Shown in pieces: positions 48,980 to 59,606 of a stretch of 64,000 nucleotides of DNA. Position 1 is the stretch's first letter. Every line of letters starts with the position of its first letter. The notes beneath the pieces are model-generated. The model made no database searches. It worked only from the letters and a program-made list of their open reading frames with translations, and had not been told where the DNA came from. The translations under genes were made by a program, and so were the position numbers. The DNA comes from an uncultured Candidatus Poseidoniales archaeon (GTDB lineage: Archaea > Thermoplasmatota > Poseidoniia > Poseidoniales > Thalassarchaeaceae), in NCBI GenBank assembly GCA_963934165.1, contig CAWVXH010000002.1, positions 38,650 through 102,649 of the forward strand, read 5' to 3'.

Positions 48980-51364
48980 TCAATTCCTCAACGGCTTACC
49001 CGTTTGCACCATATGCTCCATCCTCGCAAGCGTACCTGTTGTTCGAGATAACCTACTGATTGCTTCGCGCTCCATTCGCAAAATATCATCTTCTGAAAGT
49101 TTGTCGAGAGTATCGGTGTCGCCACCGGAAAGTATCATAGCTAATTCCGCTGTTACTATAACATCATGAGGTGTTGCTTGACCAGATCGTGCTAAGTCTG
49201 CTACAGCCATATCAAGAGCATACTTCGCCGTTGCTCCAGGAAGGTTGTATGTGTATGGTTCGGGGGGCAAATAGCCGTCAACTAATTCGAGGGCGCGCGC
49301 TTTTGCATCTCCAATCAAGCGGTCTCGATTCATGGTTATTCGATCATCGGGACGAAGGTACCCCATACGCCTTGCTTGTTCAGCAGATTTGGCAACTTGA
49401 GCGGTTCCAATCTGCTCGAAGGCTTTGAGAATTGGGCCCATTGGCCCAGCAGAAACGAGATTGAATGGACTGAGCCGGCCCAACAATTCCTTGCACCCAC
49501 CCCACCCCGGAACAATTCCTACTCCAACTTCGACAAGCCCGATATAAGATTCTGAATGGGCTTGAACAGCATCACAATGCATCAGAACTTCGCAGCCGCC
49601 GCCAACACAAACCCCGGTTGACGCTGCAACGACTGGAACCGGAGCATACTTCAATTCTTGATAGGTTTCTTGTCCAAGCGCAATGAAATTTTCAACATCC
49701 TTCCAAGCACCTAAATTCGCTGCAAACAATGCCAAACCTAGATTTGCTCCAGCACTAAAATTCTTACCATCATTTGCGATTACGATGGCTTTCCATTCAT
49801 CTTCTTCAGCCAAGTAAACCGCATTTTGCAATATCTCCATAATGAATGGATCCATCGCATTCATTTTCGAATGATATTCGACGAGTAATACTCCATCTCC
49901 TGCATCCCAAAGGCTCGCTGAGCCGTTTCTTCTGATCGGTTTACCTCTGCGCTTGAGATCTGTCACCGTAAGGGTATCAGTTGGTCGATTGATTACGACA
50001 TATTCGCCGTCAATATTGAGGCGTTGGAGGTTGCCATCTTCTATCTTGTAAAACGAACCAGCATGGGCTGCTTTTTGGAGTAGGTTTGGAATGGGTTTTC
50101 CTACTGCTTCAAGGCGCTTAACAAGTTCTGATGCCCCGATTTCATCAATTATCTCAAAAGGTCCACGCTTCCAATTAAAACCAACTTTCATCGCTTCGTC
50201 AATTGCACTGATATCATCTGTCACTTCGGGGACAAGATAAGCAGCATAAGAGAGTGTGTCGAGTAAGATTTCAGTAACGAAAGTTGCGCCTTGGTCGTGG
50301 TGATCAAGCAATCTCAGAATTCCTTGTTTAGCCATCTTTGCAGATGCGAAACCTGCTCGTCGATTTGCGGGGGCATATTCTCCAGTCAAGAGATTTCTAG
50401 CTTCTTTGACTTTACCGCCACCTTCGCGATTGAGGCGATAGAAGCCACCCTTGCCTTTTCGGCCAGTATATCCTTCTTTGATCATCGATTCAATGAATTC
50501 ATTTCCCGCACCAGCAATTTGGTGGAATGGGTCATCTGGTTGAAGGTGTTCGATTAGGCTTGCCATGATATACGGAGTTAGATCGATTCCGACTAAATCC
50601 ATCAGGCCGAAAATAGCAGTTTTAGGAATGCCGAGGGGACGGCCGAGCATGGCATCTGCTTGTTCGACTGTGAAGCCATGCTCTAAGGTCGCACGAATCG
50701 CGCGTTGAATGAAATACACACCAAGTCGATTGCCAATGAATCCGGGCTTATCGTTACAATGGATTACTCGCTTGCCAAGGCGAATATCGGCAAATTCGAC
50801 TATTCGAGACACAACCGATTGGTCGACTTCAGGCCCCGACACTAACTCAAGCAATGGTAGATATCGGGGCGGGTTGAAGAAATGAGTTATGAGAAACCGA
50901 CTTGATAACTTATCCGACATCTGTTCTGTCAGGACCGAACGAGGAAGAGTAGATGTATTTGAGGAAACGATAGTTTCTGGACCGACATATTTGTCGAGTT
51001 TTTCGTAGAGTGAACGCTTTATCCCTAGATTTTCGATAATTACTTCAACTACCCAGTCATAGTCTTTCAGCAATGAAAGATGGTCTTCAATATTACCTGC
51101 AGTAATACGTTTTGCGTAAGATTTATGCATCAGCATTTCGGGGTTAGATTTTGCCATTTTTGTAATTGCTTCTGCTGCGATGGAATCTCTAGCCGACTGA
51201 TCTTTCGAATCCGCTTTGGCTTTTGGAAGAATGTCGAGGAGAAGCACTTCACAGCCAGCATTAGCACAATGGGCTGCAATTCCTGCACCCATAACTCCAC
51301 TACCAATTACGGCTACCCGTTCAATACTCGGAATTGCCGAATTCGATGATTGGTTTTTTGACAA
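48980..51364 (-). CDS. 3-hydroxyacyl-CoA dehydrogenase / enoyl-CoA hydratase (FadN-type order)
   Basis: GSGVMGAGIA, SSNTS, HFFNPPRY, PGFIGNR; C-terminal crotonase FSAGANL, GGGCE, GLVEVGVG. Confidence 0.95.
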   Translation of the reverse strand: MSKNQSSNSAIPSIERVAVIGSGVMGAGIAAHCANAGCEVLLLDILPKAKADSKDQSARDSIAAEAITKMAKSNPEMLMHKSYAKRITAGNIEDHLSLLKDYDWVVEVIIENLGIKRSLYEKLDKYVGPETIVSSNTSTLPRSVLTEQMSDKLSSRFLITHFFNPPRYLPLLELVSGPEVDQSVVSRIVEFADIRLGKRVIHCNDKPGFIGNRLGVYFIQRAIRATLEHGFTVEQADAMLGRPLGIPKTAIFGLMDLVGIDLTPYIMASLIEHLQPDDPFHQIAGAGNEFIESMIKEGYTGRKGKGGFYRLNREGGGKVKEARNLLTGEYAPANRRAGFASAKMAKQGILRLLDHHDQGATFVTEILLDTLSYAAYLVPEVTDDISAIDEAMKVGFNWKRGPFEIIDEIGASELVKRLEAVGKPIPNLLQKAAHAGSFYKIEDGNLQRLNIDGEYVVINRPTDTLTVTDLKRRGKPIRRNGSASLWDAGDGVLLVEYHSKMNAMDPFIMEILQNAVYLAEEDEWKAIVIANDGKNFSAGANLGLALFAANLGAWKDVENFIALGQETYQELKYAPVPVVAASTGVCVGGGCEVLMHCDAVQAHSESYIGLVEVGVGIVPGWGGCKELLGRLSPFNLVSAGPMGPILKAFEQIGTAQVAKSAEQARRMGYLRPDDRITMNRDRLIGDAKARALELVDGYLPPEPYTYNLPGATAKYALDMAVADLARSGQATPHDVIVTAELAMILSGGDTDTLDKLSEDDILRMEREAISRLSRTTGTLARMEHMVQTGKPLRN

Positions 51365-51373
51365 ATTATCACC

Positions 51374-52510
51374 TCACTCTATTTTTGAAAGAATTGTGGC
51401 GATTCCTTGGCCGCCACCAATACACATAGTTGCGAGTGCGTGGTTAGCATCCTCGCGAACGAGCAAACTTGCTACCTTTCCTGTGATTCGGGCACCACTC
51501 GCACCTAATGGGTGGCCGAGGGCGATTGCCCCCCCATCGATATTAACTTTTGATTGATCCAAGCCCAACTCCTCAATTACTGCTAGCGATTGTGCAGCGA
51601 ATGCCTCATTGAGTTCAATGATATCAATGTCACCGAGTGAAAGTCCAGCACGATCTAGTGCCTTTCGAGTTGCTTCGACAGGACCAATTCCCATAATTTC
51701 TGGTGAGCACCCAGAGACCGCGATTGAAGCGATTTTTGCGAGTGGAGTCAAGCCATTTGCTAGGGCGAATTCTCCTGTGCAAACTACAACAAAAGCAGCC
51801 CCATCTGTCAAGGGAGATGAGGTTCCAGCAGTAACAGTCCCATCTGCATCGAAAACTGGGCGTAATTTTCCAAGTGTTGTAGCATCCGTCCCTGGACGTA
51901 TGCATCCGTCCGAATCTATGACTTTTGATTTAGTAGAAATCTCAATAATTTCATCTGAAAATTTACCCGTCTCGCGCGCAGCGCTTGCTCTCGCATGGCT
52001 TTCAATCGCAAATGCTTCCTGAGTAGTGCGGTCAATCCCATATTTCACTGCAATATTCTCTGCAGTTATTCCCATCGAGGTGAAGGCTCCGGGAGCTTCC
52101 TCCAGAAGACGTGGGTTAGGCATTGGATTGAATCCAGTCATTGGAATTCGAGTCATTGATTCGATGCCGCCGGCGATAAAACACTCGCCAGCGCCCATGG
52201 CAATTCGCCCGGCTGCATCATGAATCGCTTGCATGCTTGAGCCACAGAAACGATTGATTGTAACTCCGGGAACTGTCTCAGGAAGATCGGTTAGGAACGT
52301 TATCATTCTAGCCACATTGAAGCCTTGCTCACCTTCCGGAAAGGCGGTTCCGACAATCAAATCTTCAACCAAAGAGGGGTTGAGATTTAACTTCTTGAGA
52401 AGCCCATCGATAACCGCAGCAGCGATATCATCAGGGCGTGTTCGAGCGAGTTCTCCTCGACGGGCGGGAGTAAATGGTGAGCGGGCGTATCCAGCAATTA
52501 CCGTGTTCAT
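51374..52510 (-). CDS. fadA: Acetyl-CoA C-acyltransferase (thiolase)
   Basis: NRFCGSS, NEAFA, GHPLGASG, MCIGGGQG. Confidence 0.96.
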   Translation of the reverse strand: MNTVIAGYARSPFTPARRGELARTRPDDIAAAVIDGLLKKLNLNPSLVEDLIVGTAFPEGEQGFNVARMITFLTDLPETVPGVTINRFCGSSMQAIHDAAGRIAMGAGECFIAGGIESMTRIPMTGFNPMPNPRLLEEAPGAFTSMGITAENIAVKYGIDRTTQEAFAIESHARASAARETGKFSDEIIEISTKSKVIDSDGCIRPGTDATTLGKLRPVFDADGTVTAGTSSPLTDGAAFVVVCTGEFALANGLTPLAKIASIAVSGCSPEIMGIGPVEATRKALDRAGLSLGDIDIIELNEAFAAQSLAVIEELGLDQSKVNIDGGAIALGHPLGASGARITGKVASLLVREDANHALATMCIGGGQGIATILSKIE

Positions 52511-52659
52511 ACAGGTGTTCAACACTCGGTGTAATAATTAAACCGTCAGGTTTCAAAAATTACAATAACTACAATTTGCTACATTCGATGTATTTTATTA
52601 CACCTACCCAGTGCAACGATTTCTCTAATTATCTTTGAGAATATGAAATTTCAAATACA

Positions 52660-52680
52660 TTTTACACTTTATGTGTAAAA
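52660..52680. promoter_or_regulatory. Inverted repeat TTTTACAC-N5-GTGTAAAA upstream of the beta-oxidation operon (operator or helicase terminator)
   Basis: Perfect 8-bp arms in an AT-rich 250-bp intergenic region. Confidence 0.5.
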
Positions 52681-52759
52681 ATATTATAATTCTTTAAGAA
52701 ACTCATTATTGTACCATTGAAACCATATTACCGAACTCGATAACGGGCCGATGCTTGTG

Positions 52760-54067
52760 TTATTTACGACTTCGGCCGCGGCCTGAACGCCGACTATTAC
52801 GTCCACCTTTGGATTGGCGATTTGATTTCTCATTCGAGCGATTGCCGTTGGATTTGTTATTGCGCGGCTGGCGCCGACCACGACCCCGATTCTGCTGCTT
52901 CTTGGGCGCCTTGTTACCCTTACACGACCGTGCCTTCTCGGAATGGAAAGGGTGTTCCTCATCTACTGGGATGGCTTGACGGATTGTCTTCTCAATATCG
53001 CGCAGATATTCACCTTCGTTTTCATCACAAAAAGCAATGGCGATACCACCTTGGCCAGCACGTCCTGTACGGCCAATTCGGTGTACATAGACTTCGGGCT
53101 CGTTAGGCAGATCCAGATTGATGACGTGGCTGATATCAGAGACATCGATGCCGCGGCTCGCCACATCGGTGGCGACTAGTACCTGAAGGCTACCATTACG
53201 GAATCGGCGGAGGGATTTCTCACGCGCACCTTGGCTCTTGTTGCCGTGGATTGCGAGGGCTTCGATACCGTCTTGTCCAAGTTGTCGGACAATACGATTG
53301 CAACCGTGCTTGGTTCGACCGAACACAAGCACCTTTTCGGGTCGCCCCTCCTTGATAATGTGAGTCAAGAGCCCACGCTTGTCGCTTCTCATGACAAACA
53401 TAAGAGATTGTTCGATGGCCTCTACGGTGGCCAATTCAGGTGTGATTGAGACACTTACCGGGTTGTAGAGCATATCACGGGACAATTCGGTGATCGAGCT
53501 TGGTATGGTGGCACTGAATAGCAGACTCTGGCGCTTCTTTGGAATCTGTGCTAAAATTTTACGGATATCTCGGATGAAACCCATGTCGAGCATTCGATCC
53601 GCCTCATCGAGAACGAGGAATTGGACTGACGAGAGGTTAACGTGTCTCTGAGAGATGAGGTCAAGCAAGCGACCGGGAGTGGCCACTAAGATGTCTACGC
53701 CGCGCCGTAATTTGTTTACCTGTGGACGTTGCGATACTCCGCCAAACATAGCCATCGAACGGACGTCTAAGTATCGAGCATATTGCTCGATATTGTCGTG
53801 AATCTGGGCTGCAAGCTCGCGTGTTGGGCACAGCATCAAAGCGCGGATACGGCGTGAGCCCTTCCACGGATTTTGGGATATTGCATCAAGAATTGGCAGA
53901 GCGAATGCTGCGGTTTTTCCTGTGCCCGTTTGGGCACAACCGAGCATATCTCGGCCTTTAATGAGATCAGGGATGGCCTGGGATTGAATTGGCGTCGGAG
54001 TGACATAACCAATCTCGTCGAGAGCATCCAACAGAGGCTGACTGAGATTGAGGGAAGTGAAATCCAT
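52760..54067 (-). CDS. DEAD-box RNA helicase (RhlE-like)
   Basis: Q motif PTPIQ, AQTGTGKT, PTRELA, DEAD, SAT, HRIGRTGRAG, basic tail. Start at MDFTSL. Confidence 0.96.
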   Translation of the reverse strand: MDFTSLNLSQPLLDALDEIGYVTPTPIQSQAIPDLIKGRDMLGCAQTGTGKTAAFALPILDAISQNPWKGSRRIRALMLCPTRELAAQIHDNIEQYARYLDVRSMAMFGGVSQRPQVNKLRRGVDILVATPGRLLDLISQRHVNLSSVQFLVLDEADRMLDMGFIRDIRKILAQIPKKRQSLLFSATIPSSITELSRDMLYNPVSVSITPELATVEAIEQSLMFVMRSDKRGLLTHIIKEGRPEKVLVFGRTKHGCNRIVRQLGQDGIEALAIHGNKSQGAREKSLRRFRNGSLQVLVATDVASRGIDVSDISHVINLDLPNEPEVYVHRIGRTGRAGQGGIAIAFCDENEGEYLRDIEKTIRQAIPVDEEHPFHSEKARSCKGNKAPKKQQNRGRGRRQPRNNKSNGNRSNEKSNRQSKGGRNSRRSGRGRSRK

Positions 54068-54077
54068 AGGGGTCAAC

Positions 54078-55307
54078 TCACATGTGTGTGATAATTGCGG
54101 CACCAAACTCACTACACTTGAGCAGTTTTGCATCATTCATCAGGCGCTCGAAATCGTAGGTAACTGTCTTGGCAGAAATTGCACCTTCCATCCCTCTTAC
54201 AATAAGGTCAGCGGCTTCATCCCAACCCATATGTCGAAGCATCATCTCTGCAGAGAGGATTAGGCTTCCTGGATTGACCTTGTTTTGACCTGCGTACTTT
54301 GGCGCCGTGCCATGGGTCGCCTCAAAAATTGATATTCCAGTATCGTAATTGATGTTCGCACCCGGTGCGATTCCGATGCCCCCCACCTGAGCGGCGAGCG
54401 CGTCTGATATGTAATCGCCATTGAGATTCATCGTTGTCAAAACACCATACTCGCTCGGGCGTGTGAGGACTTGTTGGAGCATCGCATCTGCGATAACATC
54501 TTTCACAATAATCGTGTTGTTAGTTTTTGGATTTTCAAAAGTACACCATGGGCCACCATCGAGTTCGGTAGCACCAAACTCTTCTTTTGCAAGTTCATAT
54601 CCCCAATCACGGAACCCCCCTTCAGTAAATTTCATAATATTTCCTTTATGGACGAGAGTTACCGAATCTTTGTCATTATCGATGGCATATTGGAAAGCTG
54701 CTCGAACTATCCGGGCCGTTCCTTCCTGACTAATTGGCTTGATTCCAATTCCACTAGTATCAGGAAATCGAATTTTTACAACACCCATTTCATTCTGTAA
54801 AAATTCGATAACTTTCTGGGCTTCTGGACTTCCAGCTTCCCACTCAATTCCTGCATAAACATCTTCGCTATTCTCACGGAAAATAATCATATCAACTGCT
54901 CCAGGGTCACGCACGGGGCTTGGTGTTCCTGCATACCAACGAACTGGACGGACACATGCAAAAAGGTCGAGTTGTTGGCGTAATGCAACGTTTAGGCTGC
55001 GAATACCGCCTCCGACTGGTGTTGTTAAAGGACCTTTGATGGAAACTAATCCCGTTCTCATCGCTTCCAGAGTGGCTTCTGGCATCCACTCGCCGGTTGC
55101 GTCGAAAGCCTTCTGTCCTGCAAGGACTTCATTCCAGTGAATTTTGCGAGTGCCACCATAGGCGCGCTCGACTGAAGTGTCAACTACATCGATCATAACA
55201 GGAGTAATGTCGATGCCAATTCCGTCGCCTTCAATATAATGAATTACGGGCTCATTTGGCACGTTTAATTTACCATCTAGCATTGTAATTGGGGCGCCGG
55301 ATGACAT
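54078..55307 (-). CDS. icd: NADP-dependent isocitrate dehydrogenase (E. coli-type dimeric)
   Basis: [54 protein letters not shown]. Start at MSSGAP. Confidence 0.97.
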   Translation of the reverse strand: MSSGAPITMLDGKLNVPNEPVIHYIEGDGIGIDITPVMIDVVDTSVERAYGGTRKIHWNEVLAGQKAFDATGEWMPEATLEAMRTGLVSIKGPLTTPVGGGIRSLNVALRQQLDLFACVRPVRWYAGTPSPVRDPGAVDMIIFRENSEDVYAGIEWEAGSPEAQKVIEFLQNEMGVVKIRFPDTSGIGIKPISQEGTARIVRAAFQYAIDNDKDSVTLVHKGNIMKFTEGGFRDWGYELAKEEFGATELDGGPWCTFENPKTNNTIIVKDVIADAMLQQVLTRPSEYGVLTTMNLNGDYISDALAAQVGGIGIAPGANINYDTGISIFEATHGTAPKYAGQNKVNPGSLILSAEMMLRHMGWDEAADLIVRGMEGAISAKTVTYDFERLMNDAKLLKCSEFGAAIITHM

Positions 55308-55379
55308 GTCTCTCAGAGCGGCGACCTGCCATTCATTGATGAAGCCGACCCCCGTGGAACAAAACGAAGGTGAGACGAG

Positions 55380-55772
55380 ATGAAGGGGTCTGTTGAATGG
55401 GTTGAAGGGAAAGTAATGAGGGGGATTACTGAATCGGGAAAGGTAACAGAATTTTACAGCGATACGGCTGCGAATCCGATGGAAATTGTACAACAAGCTC
55501 ATGCGGCATGTTCGATGATTGACCTTTTTATCGGATTGAAAGATAGAATGGACGATGTAAAGTCGATGAGAATCGACATCAATACAGATAGAAAACCTGA
55601 TCCCCCCCGGGTTTTCACCGATATCAATATGAAATATGTAATCGAAGGAGATATTCCTGAAAAATTAGTTCGTCGAATTATCCAAGCCAGCCACGACAAG
55701 TATTGCTCAGTTGGTAAAATGCTAACCAAATCTGGTGCAGTACTGACGTGGTCACTAGAAATTCAGCCATGA
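55380..55772 (+). CDS. OsmC/YhfA family protein
   Basis: NPME..AACSMID, PPRVFT.I, KYCSV. Confidence 0.9.
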   Translation: MKGSVEWVEGKVMRGITESGKVTEFYSDTAANPMEIVQQAHAACSMIDLFIGLKDRMDDVKSMRIDINTDRKPDPPRVFTDINMKYVIEGDIPEKLVRRIIQASHDKYCSVGKMLTKSGAVLTWSLEIQP

Positions 55773-55949
55773 AATTTTTCTCAGTTTATAACAAAAAAAT
55801 TGTTTGTTGAGATCTAAGATTAAATGCCTAATTGCTCTTTCTCAAAGGGTCTCTTTACTCAATCATTAAAGTCCCTCGGTGTTCAAGAGAAATTCCCTTG
55901 CGAGAGAGAGTGACTCAACCCACTCACATGATAACCGGAAAATGATACA

Positions 55950-58900
55950 ATGCAGAGCCGAAACAAAGAATCCATTTCCAACGACGCTGACGATATTGCA
56001 TCCGAAGATGGATTAATTATCGAGCGCCGATTTACATCTGCAGGGGATGACCCGTTCGATGGATTCGATTGGATTACAATGGATGTCGAAATACGCAACC
56101 CAGATGGCACTATGGCAGATGCTATCGAAGGCGTTCAGCTTCCTTCAGGATTTTCTGGAGTGCCGGGGAAAGTATGCGCTCAAAAATATTTGAGAAAGGC
56201 TGGAGTACCAGTTCATCTACGAAAAGTTACGGAAGATGGTATTCCTATTTGGTTACAACGAAGTGAGCCGGATCATGAAAAACTGCAAACTTTACCGGCC
56301 GATGAACGATTCACTAGCGAACTCGATGGACGACAATTATTCCGCCGTCTCGCTGGCACATGGACCTATTGGGGTTACAAACACGGCTATTTTGCCAGTG
56401 AAGTTGATGCTCGGGCATATTACGATGAAATGTGTTATCTGATTGCAAGCCAACGCTCTGCTCCAAACAGCCCACAATGGTTCAACACCGGCCTTCATTG
56501 GGCATATGGAATCGAAGGGCCCGCACAAGGCCATCATTATGTCAACCCAACAACCGGTGAACTCGAGTTATCGGCTAATGCATATGAACATCCTCAGCCC
56601 CACGCTTGTTTCATTCAGTCCGTCAGCGATTCACTAGTGGGAGGGACAGGATCAATTATGGGATTATGGAATCGAGAAGCTTTGTTGTTCAAATTTGGTT
56701 CAGGAACCGGTTCAAATTTTTCAAACATCCGTGGAGCTGGTGAACCTCTTTCAGGTGGAGGGACCTCTTCCGGATTGTTGTCGTTCCTCAAAATAGGCGA
56801 CCGTGCAGCGGGCGCTATCAAATCGGGTGGAACTACCCGTCGTGCTGCCAAGATGGTTACACTCGATTTGGATCATCCAGATATCGAAGAATATATCGAT
56901 TGGAAATCAAGTGAAGAAGAAAAAGTATCAGCACTCGTAATCGGCTCAAATATATTACAACAACATGCAAATGCATTGATGGATTCTATCTGGGCTCACG
57001 AAGACGATGATTCTAGGTTCGATCAGTCTAAAAATCCGGGTTTACACAAGACGATGGTTCGAGCAATTCGTGACAATGTTCCTCCACCACACATCCAAAG
57101 AATTGTCGACCTAGCTAAACAAGGATGGAAGGGAGTTGATTTCGAATGCTTCGATACCGATTGGCAAGGTGAAGCATACCTCTCAGTTTCGGGCCAAAAT
57201 AGCAACAATTCCGTTCGTGCACCTAACTCATTCATGGATGCCGTAAAAGCTGGCGATGATTGGGATCTCGTGTGGAGAACCGAGAAAGATAAGGCTGCAA
57301 AAGAAGGTCGTGAACCGAGTGCATGCAAAACCCTAGATGCTGGTGAACTTTGGGATAAAATTGCATACACTGCATGGGCTTGTGCAGATCCAGGGGTACA
57401 ATTTGATACCACAATCAACGAATGGCATACCTGCCCAGAAGGTGGAAGAATCAACGGATCAAATCCTTGCTCCGAATATATGTTCCTAGATGATACCGCA
57501 TGTAATCTTTCAAGCATTAATCTGCTACACTTTTACGACCTCGACAATCAGACATTCCAGATTGATGATTTCAAACACAGTGTTCGATTGTGGACCGCCA
57601 CGCTTGAAATAAGTGTACTTATGGCTCAATTCCCATCGGCTGAAATCGCCCAGAAATCATACGAATACAGAACTCTCGGCCTTGGCTATTGTAATATTGG
57701 CTCCGTACTAATGCACATGGGGATTCCATATGATGATGAAAGAGCCTACGCGATTTGCGGGGCACTAACCGCAATTATGTGCGGTGAGTCTTATGCCACT
57801 AGTGCAGAAATGGCAGCAATTCTCGGGCCTTATCCTGATTATGAACGGAATGCGGAGCACATGCTCAGAGTCATGAGAAATCATAGAAGAGCAGCATATG
57901 ATGCTCCAGTAGAGGAATATGAAGGATTGTCAATCGCGCCTCAGGGAATCAATGCAAAGAAGTGCCCACAAGATCTTCTCACTGCAGCAAGAGACGTCTG
58001 GGATAAGGTAATTCGAGAAGGAGGGGAACATGGATTCCGTAATGCGCAGACAACTGTTATTGCTCCGACCGGAACTATTGGGTTGGTAATGGGTGCAGAC
58101 ACGACTGGTGTCGAACCGCAATTCTCTCTAGTCCAATTCAAAACTCTCGCTGGCGGCGGATCGTTGAGAATTATCAATCGCGGCGTACCAAACGCATTGC
58201 ACCGCCTTGGTTATTCAGATAGTGTTTCAAAATCGATTGAAGAATATGTTACGGGCACAAAAAACCTCATTAATTGTCCACATCTTTCTGTAGAAAAATT
58301 ACAATCGGAAGGATTTACATCTGATATTATTACAAAAATTGAAAATTCATTCGGCGATGTATTCGACCTTCGAACAGGGTTCTCTCCCTCCATCCTCGGA
58401 GAATCTTTCTGCTTAAACATCCTTGGTATGACTGGAGAACAATTCAGTGATGATTTCTTTGATATTCTATCCCATATCGGCTTGACTTCCGCCCAAATCA
58501 ATGAGGCGAATGATGTAGTCTTTGGAAAAGCTACTCTTGAAGGTGCCCCAGGATTAAAGGATGAACATCTCGCCGTCTTCGATTGTGCTACACCCTGCGG
58601 TAAATATGGTACGCGGTCGATTGATTGGCGCGCTCACGTTTTGATGATGGCTTCGGCTCAATCGTTCATTTCCGGAGCAATTTCGAAGACCATTAATATG
58701 CCCTCCAATTCAACTATTTCTGAAATTCGTGATGCATACGACCTATCGCACGCAACGATGAATAAAGCGTGCGCAGTCTACCGAGATGGCTCAAAACTTT
58801 CCCAACCATTGATGAATCAATTAGTCGATTCAACTACTTTGGCAGAGGATGAACACGAAGAAGAAGAAGTCGTGGCTCAACAAATGGTTCAGCAAGTCAT

Positions 58901-59606
58901 TGAGCAATTGCCAATACCTCAAGAAATTTCTCAGCCAGTAGCAACAAACTTCGTCCACGAGTACATTGCATCAAGAAAGCCGCTACCTGATGTTCGAAGT
59001 TCGAGTACGATGAAAGCGAGAGTGGGGGGGCATACCGTCTATCTCTCATCGAGCACCTATGACGATGGCAGACTTGGTGAAATCATGATTACAACTTCGA
59101 AGGAAGGCGCGGCATGGCGCTCAATGCTAAACCAATTCGCGATAGCAGTGTCCATCGGATTGCAATATGGAGTCCCATTGGATGCTTTCGTGAAATCGTT
59201 CACCTTCCAAAAGTTCGAACCAAGCGGAATGGTTACTGGTGGCAGTGGTAGAGTAAAAATGTCGACAAGTATCGTCGACTATATCTTCCGAGAACTTGCT
59301 ATCCATTACATTGGTCGAAACGACCTTGCTCATGTTACTCCTGAAGATCTGGATAAAACCTCGATTAGTCGCCCAGAAGTTACCGATGAAGGCATAGCTC
59401 GAAATCAAGGTCAACGTAGAGAAGTTCAACTCACTCTCGATGCGATTCCTTCAAACATTGAAGATTCCGAAGCGGAGACAAGAAGAATTGCCAGAGAACG
59501 AGGATTCACAGGCGATATATGCAATGATTGTGGTGGTAGTCAAATGGTTCGGAATGGAACTTGTTTGAAATGCAATTCCTGCGGAGCAACCACTGGTTGT
59601 TCTTAA
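55950..59606 (+). CDS. nrdJ: Class II (adenosylcobalamin-dependent) ribonucleotide reductase
   Basis: APNSPQWFNTG, PQPHACFI, SGGTTRRAAKM, NPCSEY, IAPTGTI, ISKTINMP, YRDGSK, C-terminal CxxC...CxxC. Confidence 0.96.
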   Translation: MQSRNKESISNDADDIASEDGLIIERRFTSAGDDPFDGFDWITMDVEIRNPDGTMADAIEGVQLPSGFSGVPGKVCAQKYLRKAGVPVHLRKVTEDGIPIWLQRSEPDHEKLQTLPADERFTSELDGRQLFRRLAGTWTYWGYKHGYFASEVDARAYYDEMCYLIASQRSAPNSPQWFNTGLHWAYGIEGPAQGHHYVNPTTGELELSANAYEHPQPHACFIQSVSDSLVGGTGSIMGLWNREALLFKFGSGTGSNFSNIRGAGEPLSGGGTSSGLLSFLKIGDRAAGAIKSGGTTRRAAKMVTLDLDHPDIEEYIDWKSSEEEKVSALVIGSNILQQHANALMDSIWAHEDDDSRFDQSKNPGLHKTMVRAIRDNVPPPHIQRIVDLAKQGWKGVDFECFDTDWQGEAYLSVSGQNSNNSVRAPNSFMDAVKAGDDWDLVWRTEKDKAAKEGREPSACKTLDAGELWDKIAYTAWACADPGVQFDTTINEWHTCPEGGRINGSNPCSEYMFLDDTACNLSSINLLHFYDLDNQTFQIDDFKHSVRLWTATLEISVLMAQFPSAEIAQKSYEYRTLGLGYCNIGSVLMHMGIPYDDERAYAICGALTAIMCGESYATSAEMAAILGPYPDYERNAEHMLRVMRNHRRAAYDAPVEEYEGLSIAPQGINAKKCPQDLLTAARDVWDKVIREGGEHGFRNAQTTVIAPTGTIGLVMGADTTGVEPQFSLVQFKTLAGGGSLRIINRGVPNALHRLGYSDSVSKSIEEYVTGTKNLINCPHLSVEKLQSEGFTSDIITKIENSFGDVFDLRTGFSPSILGESFCLNILGMTGEQFSDDFFDILSHIGLTSAQINEANDVVFGKATLEGAPGLKDEHLAVFDCATPCGKYGTRSIDWRAHVLMMASAQSFISGAISKTINMPSNSTISEIRDAYDLSHATMNKACAVYRDGSKLSQPLMNQLVDSTTLAEDEHEEEEVVAQQMVQQVIEQLPIPQEISQPVATNFVHEYIASRKPLPDVRSSSTMKARVGGHTVYLSSSTYDDGRLGEIMITTSKEGAAWRSMLNQFAIAVSIGLQYGVPLDAFVKSFTFQKFEPSGMVTGGSGRVKMSTSIVDYIFRELAIHYIGRNDLAHVTPEDLDKTSISRPEVTDEGIARNQGQRREVQLTLDAIPSNIEDSEAETRRIARERGFTGDICNDCGGSQMVRNGTCLKCNSCGATTGCS

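Noticed and set aside
52530..52745. Replication origin in the AT-rich spacer
   Set aside because: Only weak ORB-like strings (CCCAGTGCAAC, CCATTGAAAC); a promoter/operator explanation is simpler.
55773..55949. Cobalamin riboswitch or NrdR boxes upstream of nrdJ
   Set aside because: No B12-box or tandem NrdR palindromes recognisable by eye.
506..59606. Inteins in MCM or NrdJ
   Set aside because: Conserved motifs are colinear, lengths are normal, and no intein splice motifs are visible.
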